A stretch of DNA of 64,000 nucleotides from a virus: the IMG/VR virus record IMGVR_UViG_3300021963_004854, positions 96,001-160,000 of that record. One strand, written 5' to 3'. Positions 29,351-36,024 of the stretch are shown here, piece by piece. The translations under genes and the position numbers were made by a program. The notes beneath the pieces are model-generated. The model ran no database searches and had not been told where the DNA came from. It saw nothing but the letters and a program-made list of their open reading frames with translations. Position 1 is the first letter of the stretch. Each line of letters opens with the position of its first letter.

Positions 29351-29426
29351 GGGGATGTAGTCCAATGGCAGAGACAGAGGACTTAAAATCCTTCCAGTGT
29401 GGGTTCGAGTCCCACCATCCCTACCA
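29351..29426 (+). tRNA. tRNA-Leu(TAA), short variable loop
   Basis: Loop CTTAAAA, 5-nt variable region, CCA. Confidence 0.9.
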
Positions 29427-29427
29427 A

Positions 29428-29503
29428 TGCCCCTTGGTGTAATTGGCAACACGTCGGATTTTGATTCCGAAAAGTCCAGGTTCGAGCCCTGGAGGGGCAT
29501 CCA
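29428..29503 (+). tRNA. tRNA-Gln(TTG)
   Basis: Loop TTTTGAT, CCA. Confidence 0.93.
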
Positions 29504-29522
29504 TTCTTAGAAAGGTTATATA

Positions 29523-29759
29523 ATGAGTGATGTTGTAGCAGTAGACCAACTTCGTCTGTTTATTGAACGTATTGAAAACATCGAAGTGGAAATTGATGCG
29601 AAGAAGACTGACCGCAAGGAAGTCTATTCAGAATTGAAGGGTGAAGGCTTTGATGCCAAGGCAGTTCGTGCTATTGTGCGCCTCCGTAAGAAGGAAGCAC
29701 ATATCCGTCAAGAAGAAGATATGATTCTTGATACATATCGAAATGCAATTGGCGTTTAA
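29523..29759 (+). CDS. gapR: GapR (DUF2312) nucleoid-associated protein
   Basis: QLRLFIERIE..KEVYSELKGEGFDAKAVRAIVRLRK..ILDTY. Confidence 0.9.
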   Translation: MSDVVAVDQLRLFIERIENIEVEIDAKKTDRKEVYSELKGEGFDAKAVRAIVRLRKKEAHIRQEEDMILDTYRNAIGV

Positions 29760-30350
29760 TTAAAAAGTTCCGGGGTCTATCAACCCAACTTCTTTAAATG
29801 CCCATGCTCTTTCGTTGCATTGCCAACAAGAGCCACAACGTTCTCCTGTAGTTTCAGTGCAACTATGAGAGAGTTTAGATATATCTTCTAAAATTCCCGC
29901 CTGATGTGCTAACTTGACTGTTTCGCTTTTATCTATTTTTGCAAATGGAAAATGCCAGCCAGTATAGTTCGCATCAGGCGGAATTCTTACTGGCTCTGTT
30001 CCAGGTAGTGTTACGGGTGGATTTTGAGTGTCCGCACTTATCAATGTCTTAAATCCAAAACGAAATAGTTGTTCGGCTGGATATGAGATATGTCTACTAT
30101 GATGTAATCCCACCGGAATTGAAACGATTAGATGGTCTATCTCAATTTCATGTAGTTTTTCTGCCCATTCGCAAATCGATTTACCAAAATCTACTGCGGC
30201 AGAGCCTCTATCTATCGTAATGCAACGTAGAGAGTTTAAGCCGCTTTTCTTTGCTTCAATGCAATATAAATGAAGCATGAGGGCGCTATCGAAACCGCCG
30301 CTAATAAACAGTCCGAAATTACCCTCGGGAATAGTAATTGAATACGTCAT
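29760..30350 (-). CDS. QueC-like PP-loop ATPase
   Basis: ISGGFDSA; HSCTE..CGSCWQCNER; start taken at MTYSIT. Confidence 0.75.
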   Translation of the reverse strand: MTYSITIPEGNFGLFISGGFDSALMLHLYCIEAKKSGLNSLRCITIDRGSAAVDFGKSICEWAEKLHEIEIDHLIVSIPVGLHHSRHISYPAEQLFRFGFKTLISADTQNPPVTLPGTEPVRIPPDANYTGWHFPFAKIDKSETVKLAHQAGILEDISKLSHSCTETTGERCGSCWQCNERAWAFKEVGLIDPGTF

Positions 30351-30428
30351 AGATGAACCTTTAATATAATCACGATTATATTTAGTTTCGAATTTATGCT
30401 TGACATTTGGTAGTGAATTAGTTATATA

Positions 30429-31472
30429 ATGATGATGAAGAAAAAATATCAAATTACTCACATGGGCAAGACCCTCAACACCGACCACTGGTATGACTTA
30501 CCAGAAGATAAATGTCTGGAGTTGAAGGCTGCGTATTATCAAAAGCCAGATTTTGATTTGGTTGAGAAAAATCTGCAGGCCGTGCGCAACGGCGGCACTG
30601 TTATCAGTACCATTACTAGCTATTATGTGAAAGACCTAATGGCTAAAGTCAAGTTGCAATCTCCTCGTTGGTCTATCGAACAAGTGTTTGAGTCCAACGA
30701 TTTGATACGATACTTTTGGAGCCGAGTGCTTTCAAGCGATAAAGTATACCCAAAGACGGATTCAGATATCAAGAACTTTGAGGCTGCCCTGCGACTTAGT
30801 GGCGGTGGTGTTGCGATGAAGCCGTCTAACTATCCTATTAAGTCAGTAGACGAGGTGTTATCCAAATATAACATCAATGGTAAATACTATGATTTCTCGT
30901 GTGGTTGGGGCGTAAGATTGCTCTCGGCAATGAGAAATCGGGTTGAGTATTACGGCACTGACCCGAATAATCTGTTGGTAGACCGACTTAGGCAGATGGC
31001 CACAGATTACAATACTGTAAATGGTACGAATGCATCGTATGACATTAGATGCCATGGTTCTGAAACATTCGTGCCAGAATGGGAAAACACTATCGGAGTA
31101 GCCTTTAGTAGCCCCCCGTATTTCAGTCTTGAAGACTATGGTGTTGGCAATCAGTCATATAAGCCTGGGACTTCCTATCAAGAGTGGCTAGATAACTATC
31201 TGCGACCCACGATAGAGAACATCAAGAAATATTTGATTGAAGACGGCAAGATGCTCGTTAACATCAAAGATTTCTTAGATTACAAGCTATGCGCTGATAC
31301 TAGAGCCATTGCAGAAAGTCTAGGGTTTCATTATGTTGAAACACTCACGTTGAAGAACATAACGAGGCCAAGTGCCAAAGCAGATTTGAATACGGATGAA
31401 GGCATTATGGTGTTCTCGAAAAAGCCTGTGCAGCCTAACCCATTCAGCGAAACGCTATTCATTTTTGAATAA
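30429..31472 (+). CDS. amino (N4-C/N6-A) DNA methyltransferase
   Basis: Motif I DFSCGWG precedes motif IV FSSPPYF. Confidence 0.85.
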   Translation: MMMKKKYQITHMGKTLNTDHWYDLPEDKCLELKAAYYQKPDFDLVEKNLQAVRNGGTVISTITSYYVKDLMAKVKLQSPRWSIEQVFESNDLIRYFWSRVLSSDKVYPKTDSDIKNFEAALRLSGGGVAMKPSNYPIKSVDEVLSKYNINGKYYDFSCGWGVRLLSAMRNRVEYYGTDPNNLLVDRLRQMATDYNTVNGTNASYDIRCHGSETFVPEWENTIGVAFSSPPYFSLEDYGVGNQSYKPGTSYQEWLDNYLRPTIENIKKYLIEDGKMLVNIKDFLDYKLCADTRAIAESLGFHYVETLTLKNITRPSAKADLNTDEGIMVFSKKPVQPNPFSETLFIFE

Positions 31473-31484
31473 CAAAATTAGTGG

Positions 31485-31547
31485 TTGACATTTACCTGCG
31501 AATCAGCTATAAAGAAAGAGTAGTTGATGACGAGGTGATTCGAAATG
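31485..31547 (+). promoter_or_regulatory. early promoter-RBS cassette with two GANTC sites
   Basis: TTGACA-N17-TATAAA; GAATC 31500, GATTC 31537. Confidence 0.8.
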
Positions 31548-31931
31548 CTTACTCTTGCCGATATTAATGCTGCCACCAATTCTAAAGATGGCAATATCTA
31601 TTCCGACCTCTACAAGGATGTTTACGGCAGCCGTCCTCGGTATGCCCAGTTCGCATCCATCGAAGAGTTCGATGCGGATTTCGAACGCCTTGTGGCTCGT
31701 CTGGCCGAACAGATTGACGAAGATAAGATTCGTCAGGATGCAAATCTTGAAGCATTCAAGGTGCGCGTGGCAGAAACCATGCTTCTTTGTAACTGCGACA
31801 AGGTTCGCGCCGTAGAAATCATCGCCGATGCTGAAGGCGAACTTGAGAACCTTGAGTTCTACAGTTACGAACGCCTTGAGTGGTACTTCGATATTAAATT
31901 CGGAGATATCAAGCAGTGGATGGCTGAATAA
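31545..31931 (+). CDS. early hypothetical protein
   Basis: YSDLYKDVYGSRPR motif; follows cassette. Confidence 0.7.
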   Translation: MLTLADINAATNSKDGNIYSDLYKDVYGSRPRYAQFASIEEFDADFERLVARLAEQIDEDKIRQDANLEAFKVRVAETMLLCNCDKVRAVEIIADAEGELENLEFYSYERLEWYFDIKFGDIKQWMAE

Positions 31932-31937
31932 GTTTTT

Positions 31938-32012
31938 GCGCCTGTAGCTCAAAGGTAGAGCCAGCCCCTCATAAGGGCCAGGTTGCGGGTTCGAGTCCTG
32001 CCGGGCGCACCA
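31938..32012 (+). tRNA. tRNA(CAT), probably Ile2 (lysidine)
   Basis: Loop CTCATAA, G1-C72, Ile2-like body, CCA. Confidence 0.8.
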
Positions 32013-32022
32013 AATATAATAC

Positions 32023-32084
32023 TTGACATTCTCTGTAAATCTGCTATTATGAGAATGTAGTAAGTGAGAAAGTGATTCGTTATG
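32023..32084 (+). promoter_or_regulatory. early promoter-RBS cassette
   Basis: TTGACA..TGCTATTAT..GAGAAAGTGATTCGTTATG. Confidence 0.8.
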
Positions 32085-32282
32085 GAAGTTTTTGCATTGT
32101 TAGGTGAATGGGATTACGAAGGTTCTGTGCTCCTTGGCGTGTATGCGTCTCAAGATGAAGCACGGAATGCCCATGGTGTGTATACTCGTGATGGCGATCG
32201 GCTCATCGACCGCTACTATGTTGAGCGTCGGACGCTCGGTGCACCTGTAGATTCCGATGAGTATCGGTACTACATCGGTTAA
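32082..32282 (+). CDS. early hypothetical protein
   Basis: Follows cassette. Confidence 0.7.
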   Translation: MEVFALLGEWDYEGSVLLGVYASQDEARNAHGVYTRDGDRLIDRYYVERRTLGAPVDSDEYRYYIG

Positions 32283-32292
32283 AGTTTAACAT

Positions 32293-32368
32293 GGACGATT
32301 AGCTCAGTCGGTAGAGCGCGGGACTCTTAATCCTTAGGTCGTAGGTTCGAATCCTACATCGTCTACCA
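32293..32368 (+). tRNA. tRNA-Lys(CTT)
   Basis: Loop CTCTTAA, CCA. Confidence 0.93.
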
Positions 32369-32374
32369 TTTCAC

Positions 32375-32450
32375 GGACACTTAGCTCAGTAGGTAGAGCA
32401 ACGGGCTTTTAACCTGTAGGTCCTGGGTTCGAACCCCAGAGTGTCCACCA
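32375..32450 (+). tRNA. tRNA-Lys(TTT)
   Basis: Loop CTTTTAA, CCA. Confidence 0.95.
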
Positions 32451-32455
32451 TATTT

Positions 32456-32531
32456 GCGAGTGTAGCTCAGTTGGTAGAGCAAACGACCGATAATCGTTAG
32501 GTCACAGGTTCGAACCCTGTCACTCGCACCA
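32456..32531 (+). tRNA. tRNA-Ile(GAT), C33
   Basis: Loop CCGATAA, CCA. Confidence 0.92.
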
Positions 32532-32532
32532 T

Positions 32533-32604
32533 ACCAGCAGAACAAGTGTTCGACCGACTCTCATAAGGTTGGTTCGGGTGGAGCGTTACCACCTGCTGGT
32601 ACCA
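32533..32604 (+). tRNA. atypical tRNA(CAT), candidate elongator Met
   Basis: ACCAGCA/TGCTGGT acceptor + A + CCA; minimal D arm GAAC-AAGT-GTTC; loop CTCATAA; T arm GGTGG-AGCGTTA-CCACC. Confidence 0.65.
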
Positions 32605-32605
32605 T

Positions 32606-32683
32606 GTCACGATGGCAGAGTGGTCCAATGCAACGGATTGCAAATCCGTAAAGCCGCCGGTTCGAATCCGGCTCGTGACTCCA
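32606..32683 (+). tRNA. tRNA-Cys(GCA)
   Basis: Loop TTGCAAA, U73, CCA. Confidence 0.93.
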
Positions 32684-32687
32684 CAAT

Positions 32688-32762
32688 GCGGGTGTAGCTC
32701 AGTGGTAGAGCATCTCGTTGCCAACGAGACGGTCGGCGGTTCGAATCCGCTCCCCCGCTCCA
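32688..32762 (+). tRNA. tRNA-Gly(GCC)
   Basis: Loop TTGCCAA, CCA. Confidence 0.95.
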
Positions 32763-32765
32763 AAT

Positions 32766-32840
32766 GGCCCGGTCGTCTAGTGGCTAGGACACCGCCCTTT
32801 CAAGGCGGAGAAGCGGGATCGAAACCCGTTCGGGCTACCA
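32766..32840 (+). tRNA. tRNA-Glu(TTC)
   Basis: Loop CTTTCAA, T loop ATCGAAA, CCA. Confidence 0.92.
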
Positions 32841-32856
32841 TTTAGAAAGTGTTGTT

Positions 32857-33033
32857 ATGGTTAAAATGATTTTTGCATTTTTGTTTATTTTTGCCCTTGT
32901 ATTCTTTGGAATTCAAATTGTTCGAGATATGACAAAAAGTGAAAAATTAGGCTTGACAAAGTTGTTCGCCTATAGTATAGTGTGTTCTGTAGCAGCGATG
33001 GCCGTTGCCACAGCAATTGTTTTGATTTTCTAA
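32857..33033 (+). CDS. small 2-TM protein (58 aa, not in ORF track)
   Basis: MVKMIFAFLFIFALVFFG..CSVAAMAVATAIVLIF. Confidence 0.65.
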   Translation: MVKMIFAFLFIFALVFFGIQIVRDMTKSEKLGLTKLFAYSIVCSVAAMAVATAIVLIF

Positions 33034-33047
33034 GGAATAAAGTTATT

Positions 33048-33845
33048 ATGAAAAGTGTTACCAAAGCTGTTCTTCTCGCTGGCCTTATGGCAACGACTGC
33101 CGCTTGTACCCGGATTGAAACAGGTGAAGTCGGCGTTCGTCGCTCGTTTGATAAGACCATCGAAACTACCGAACTTCTGCCTGGTTCTGTAAACCAGACT
33201 ATCTTCGGTGATGTTATGACCTTTCCCACAAAGGACGTTCAGGTCGATGTTACTGATTTGACGCCTCTGGCATCTGATAACTCGACTGTTGCTGACTTCG
33301 ATATGGCAGTCATCTATTCGATTAATCCTGGTTCGGTTGCCGAACTCTACATCGAAAAGAACCGCGGTTTCCACGCTGATACCGAAGAAGGTGATACGCT
33401 GTTGATGTATAACTACATCCGCCAGCTTGGCCGTAATGCTGCATATAAGGTTGCTCGTCGTTACGAGTCCTTGAAGATGGCAGATAACCGCGCAGAGATG
33501 GAACAGATGATTCGCCAGGAAATCGTTAACAGTCTTGTTGCCGAAAAGCTAGATGGTGCAATTTCTGTTTCACAGGTTCTTGTTCGCCAGGTAAAGCCCG
33601 CTGCAAACATCGTAGCATCTGCTAACGCCCTTGTTCAAGCCCAGAATGCTGAAAAGCAGAAGCAGGTAGAAGTTCGCACCGCAAAGCTAGAAGCACAGCG
33701 AATTGCCGCTTTGAATGCCAACGCTGGTGCTACCAAGTATATGGAAGCAACCGCAATTGTTACGATTGCAGAAGCAGTGAAAGACGGTAAGGTTAATACC
33801 ATCGTCATTCCTTATGACTTCAAGGGTATTGTGAACGTTAAGTAA
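33048..33845 (+). CDS. SPFH/band-7 domain lipoprotein
   Basis: Lipobox TAAC, RIETGEVGVR, C-terminal coiled coil. Confidence 0.85.
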   Translation: MKSVTKAVLLAGLMATTAACTRIETGEVGVRRSFDKTIETTELLPGSVNQTIFGDVMTFPTKDVQVDVTDLTPLASDNSTVADFDMAVIYSINPGSVAELYIEKNRGFHADTEEGDTLLMYNYIRQLGRNAAYKVARRYESLKMADNRAEMEQMIRQEIVNSLVAEKLDGAISVSQVLVRQVKPAANIVASANALVQAQNAEKQKQVEVRTAKLEAQRIAALNANAGATKYMEATAIVTIAEAVKDGKVNTIVIPYDFKGIVNVK

Positions 33846-33853
33846 TACTGATT

Positions 33854-33940
33854 GGAAGGTGGGCAGGACGGTAATGCAACGCACTGCTAATGCGTCTACT
33901 AGAAATGGTAGAGTGGGTTCGACTCCCACACCTTCCGCCA
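33854..33940 (+). tRNA. tRNA-Ser(GCT)
   Basis: Loop CTGCTAA, long variable arm, CCA. Confidence 0.93.
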
Positions 33941-33959
33941 GTTATAAGTAATAGAATAT

Positions 33960-34037
33960 GGTGGATGTAGCTCAGTTGGTTAGAGTGTCGGCTTGTGATG
34001 CCGAATGTCGCGGGTTCGAGTCCCGTCATTCACCCCA
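33960..34037 (+). tRNA. tRNA-His(GTG) with G-1:C73
   Basis: Loop TTGTGAT; G at -1, C discriminator, CCA. Confidence 0.95.
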
Positions 34038-34100
34038 TTAAAAAAATAAAAAAATTGAAAATAATACTTGACATTTTCGACAAAGTAGTATATATATTAG

Positions 34101-34128
34101 TTCTGTTCTTTGACATTGTTAGAAGTTT
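34101..34128 (+). promoter_or_regulatory. rrn-type boxA antitermination leader (copy 2)
   Basis: 28-nt identity with 29226-29253; follows TTGACA promoter at 34068. Confidence 0.65.
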
Positions 34129-34170
34129 CTAAGTTTGTGTCGGGAGGGTTTCGGCCCTCCCACATAACTT

Positions 34171-34321
34171 ATTTAATTACTCCTGCTGAGAGTAGCGCAT
34201 ATGGACGCATATGCTAGGCGGGCTGGGTGGGCCATCTACCAGTCCTGAAATAATCTCAGCAATGGCTTAGGAGAGGAAGCACCTCACTCCGAAATTCGCT
34301 CATGAGCAGGAGTAATTAAAT
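34171..34321 (+). ncRNA. unidentified structured RNA closed by a perfect 17-bp stem
   Basis: ATTTAATTACTCCTGCT / AGCAGGAGTAATTAAAT with three internal hairpins. Confidence 0.6.
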
Positions 34322-34328
34322 GAGTTTT

Positions 34329-34404
<76 letters not shown>

Positions 34405-34411
34405 TTCTATA

Positions 34412-34490
34412 GCTAAACTACTCGCATGCCGTATGGTGCATGGAGTCTGTCGAGAATGTTTAGCGTAAGCACCAAGACGTGAGGTGCTTA
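34412..34490 (+). ncRNA. unidentified structured spacer RNA
   Basis: GCTAAAC/GTTTAGC stem plus TAAGCACC/GGTGCTTA hairpin. Confidence 0.4.
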
Positions 34491-34493
34491 TAT

Positions 34494-34568
34494 TCCCTAA
34501 TGGCGCAGCGGTAGCGCAGTTGACTGTTAATCAATTGGTCGGTGGTTCGAATCCATCTTAGGGAGCCA
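34494..34568 (+). tRNA. tRNA-Asn(GTT)
   Basis: Loop CTGTTAA, G73, CCA. Confidence 0.95.
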
Positions 34569-34574
34569 GTTTGA

Positions 34575-34649
34575 CGCAGGGTGGAGCAGAGGTAGCTCGT
34601 CTGGCTCATAACCAGAAGGTCGTCGGTTCAAGTCCGACTCCTGCAACCA
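34575..34649 (+). tRNA. initiator tRNA-fMet(CAT)
   Basis: C1:A72 mismatch, loop CTCATAA, CCA. Confidence 0.92.
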
Positions 34650-34651
34650 GT

Positions 34652-34750
34652 TTAGTATCTTTGATCTGGGACACGCATACTAAGTCGTGCATATAAACTA
34701 AGATGCCCTGCATTCAGGGCTACGTAGGGGAAGATCCTACAAGATACTAA
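34652..34750 (+). ncRNA. unidentified multibranch RNA
   Basis: TTAGTATCTT/AAGATACTAA closing stem; GCCCTG/CAGGGC and GTAGG/CCTAC hairpins. Confidence 0.5.
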
Positions 34751-34861
34751 AACACCGCCGCCCGTATGGTGTATAACAATCCCGGGCCTAGTTTCTCGTA
34801 AATATTTTTCAAAAAAGTATTTACAAACACCACACAGTGGTGTATAAGTAGAGAATAAGAA

Positions 34862-35708
34862 ATGGCGGTATAGCGTCATTAGGGTAACCTTCGGCAACGA
34901 AGGCCAAAGCAGGGACTCCTACGTACCTGCGCCGGTAACGGTCCATCTATACAAGCCCAGGTAAGGGTTGTCTCGGCCATGGCCGTAAGCAATCCCCGTC
35001 AGTAGAATGGCGGTAGGCAGTAAGTGAGTGATATAAGTCCGAAAGGATATGAACAGAGCCAGTCGGTGAGTTCTAATAGACTGTGGTGGTCTAGCTGTAT
35101 CGAACCAAACTCGCGAATGCTGAAAAACTAATGGGTAATCGCTGAGTCTGATCTAGCAAGAAAAGGCAAAGCGGTAGCACAATAGTTGAACCGATGAGGG
35201 GAGACTAGAAGTGCGGTTGATTAGTCCGCAAGACGAAAGACATGAGGAGTGTTGTATTTTGTATCTAACAAGATACGAAGCAACTGGAGCAGCACTTCTT
35301 GGTAGGTTCGCAAATTGCTTAATGGTAAAGCAACTGACTCTTAATCAGTAGATTCTAGGTTCAAATCCTAGTTTGTAACAAAAAGCGAAAGTCTGCTCCA
35401 GTGCTATGTGAAAGGTGCTTAATACCTAACACGGAAGTGAATTGGGTTCACGGATTCCCGCAAGGATGAAGTGATTGATCCGAGTGAAGACGTAGCGGTT
35501 TAGCGACTGCGAACAGCTTGCAAGGCTGGCGGAAGAACGAAGGTCGAATAGCATAGCATGATAAGTGATAAGCCACACTTCAAAAAAGGCAGCACTGAGG
35601 AATACTAGATGACCAGCGATGGCTCTAGTGGATAACGAGTTAACACTTCTCGCAAGGAAGTCGGTACGGCTCAAAGGTCCTCAACTAAAAGCAGTAATCT
35701 CATGCTTT
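34862..35708 (+). ncRNA. GOLLD-like giant structured RNA (~850 nt)
   Basis: No credible ORF, own promoter (TTTACA..TATAAG, 34820-34848), many GCAA/GAAA-capped hairpins, embedded tRNA domain, terminal AAAGCA-GTAATCTCA-TGCTTT hairpin, within a phage tRNA cluster; boundaries approximate. Confidence 0.7.
35308..35379 (+). tRNA. CCA-less tRNA-Lys(CTT)-like domain inside the giant RNA
   Basis: D arm GCTT-AATGGTA-AAGC, ACTGA-CTCTTAA-TCAGT, CTAGG-TTCAAAT-CCTAG, weak acceptor, no CCA. Confidence 0.75.
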
Positions 35709-35714
35709 ACAAAG

Positions 35715-35801
35715 ACTTATTAGATGAACACATCAAACCCACTGGGCGGCAGGTCGACTTAATGCTGCGATAGCGGTCCCTGGTGTGTTCTTCTAATAAG
35801 T
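35715..35801 (+). ncRNA. unidentified rod-shaped RNA
   Basis: ACTTATTAGA-T-GAACACATCA pairs with TGGTGTGTTC-T-TCTAATAAGT. Confidence 0.55.
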
Positions 35802-35804
35802 TTT

Positions 35805-35880
35805 GGGGAATTAGCTCAGATGGTAGAGCGCCAGCTTTGCAAGCTGGATGTCAACGGTTCGATCCCGTTATTCTCCACCA
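35805..35880 (+). tRNA. tRNA-Ala(TGC)
   Basis: Loop TTTGCAA, G3:U70, CCA. Confidence 0.95.
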
Positions 35881-35885
35881 ATATA

Positions 35886-36015
35886 GACCACCTATGCTGA
35901 ACCTCGTGGGGAACCACATAGAGAAAGTGGTAGTGTATGCTGTTGCAACAGTAATTGCTATCTAGGAAGATTGCAACGTCCGGAAGTAAGCAATCAAGGC
36001 ACACTGCGGGTGGTC
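35886..36015 (+). ncRNA. unidentified multibranch RNA
   Basis: GACCACCT/GGGTGGTC closing stem; GTGG-GGAA-CCAC; GTAGTGT/ACACTGC. Confidence 0.5.
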
Positions 36016-36024
36016 ACTCTTTTT

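Noticed and set aside
34171-34321. Hammerhead or HDV-like (theta) ribozyme
   Set aside because: CUGANGA core absent and no nested double pseudoknot could be built by eye; needs a covariance-model scan
34862-35708. Alternative identities for the long non-coding tract: group I/II intron, tmRNA, RNase P RNA, replication origin
   Set aside because: No interrupted gene, no tmRNA acceptor end with CCA, no GAGGAAAGUCC RNase P motif, and not AT-rich or iterated
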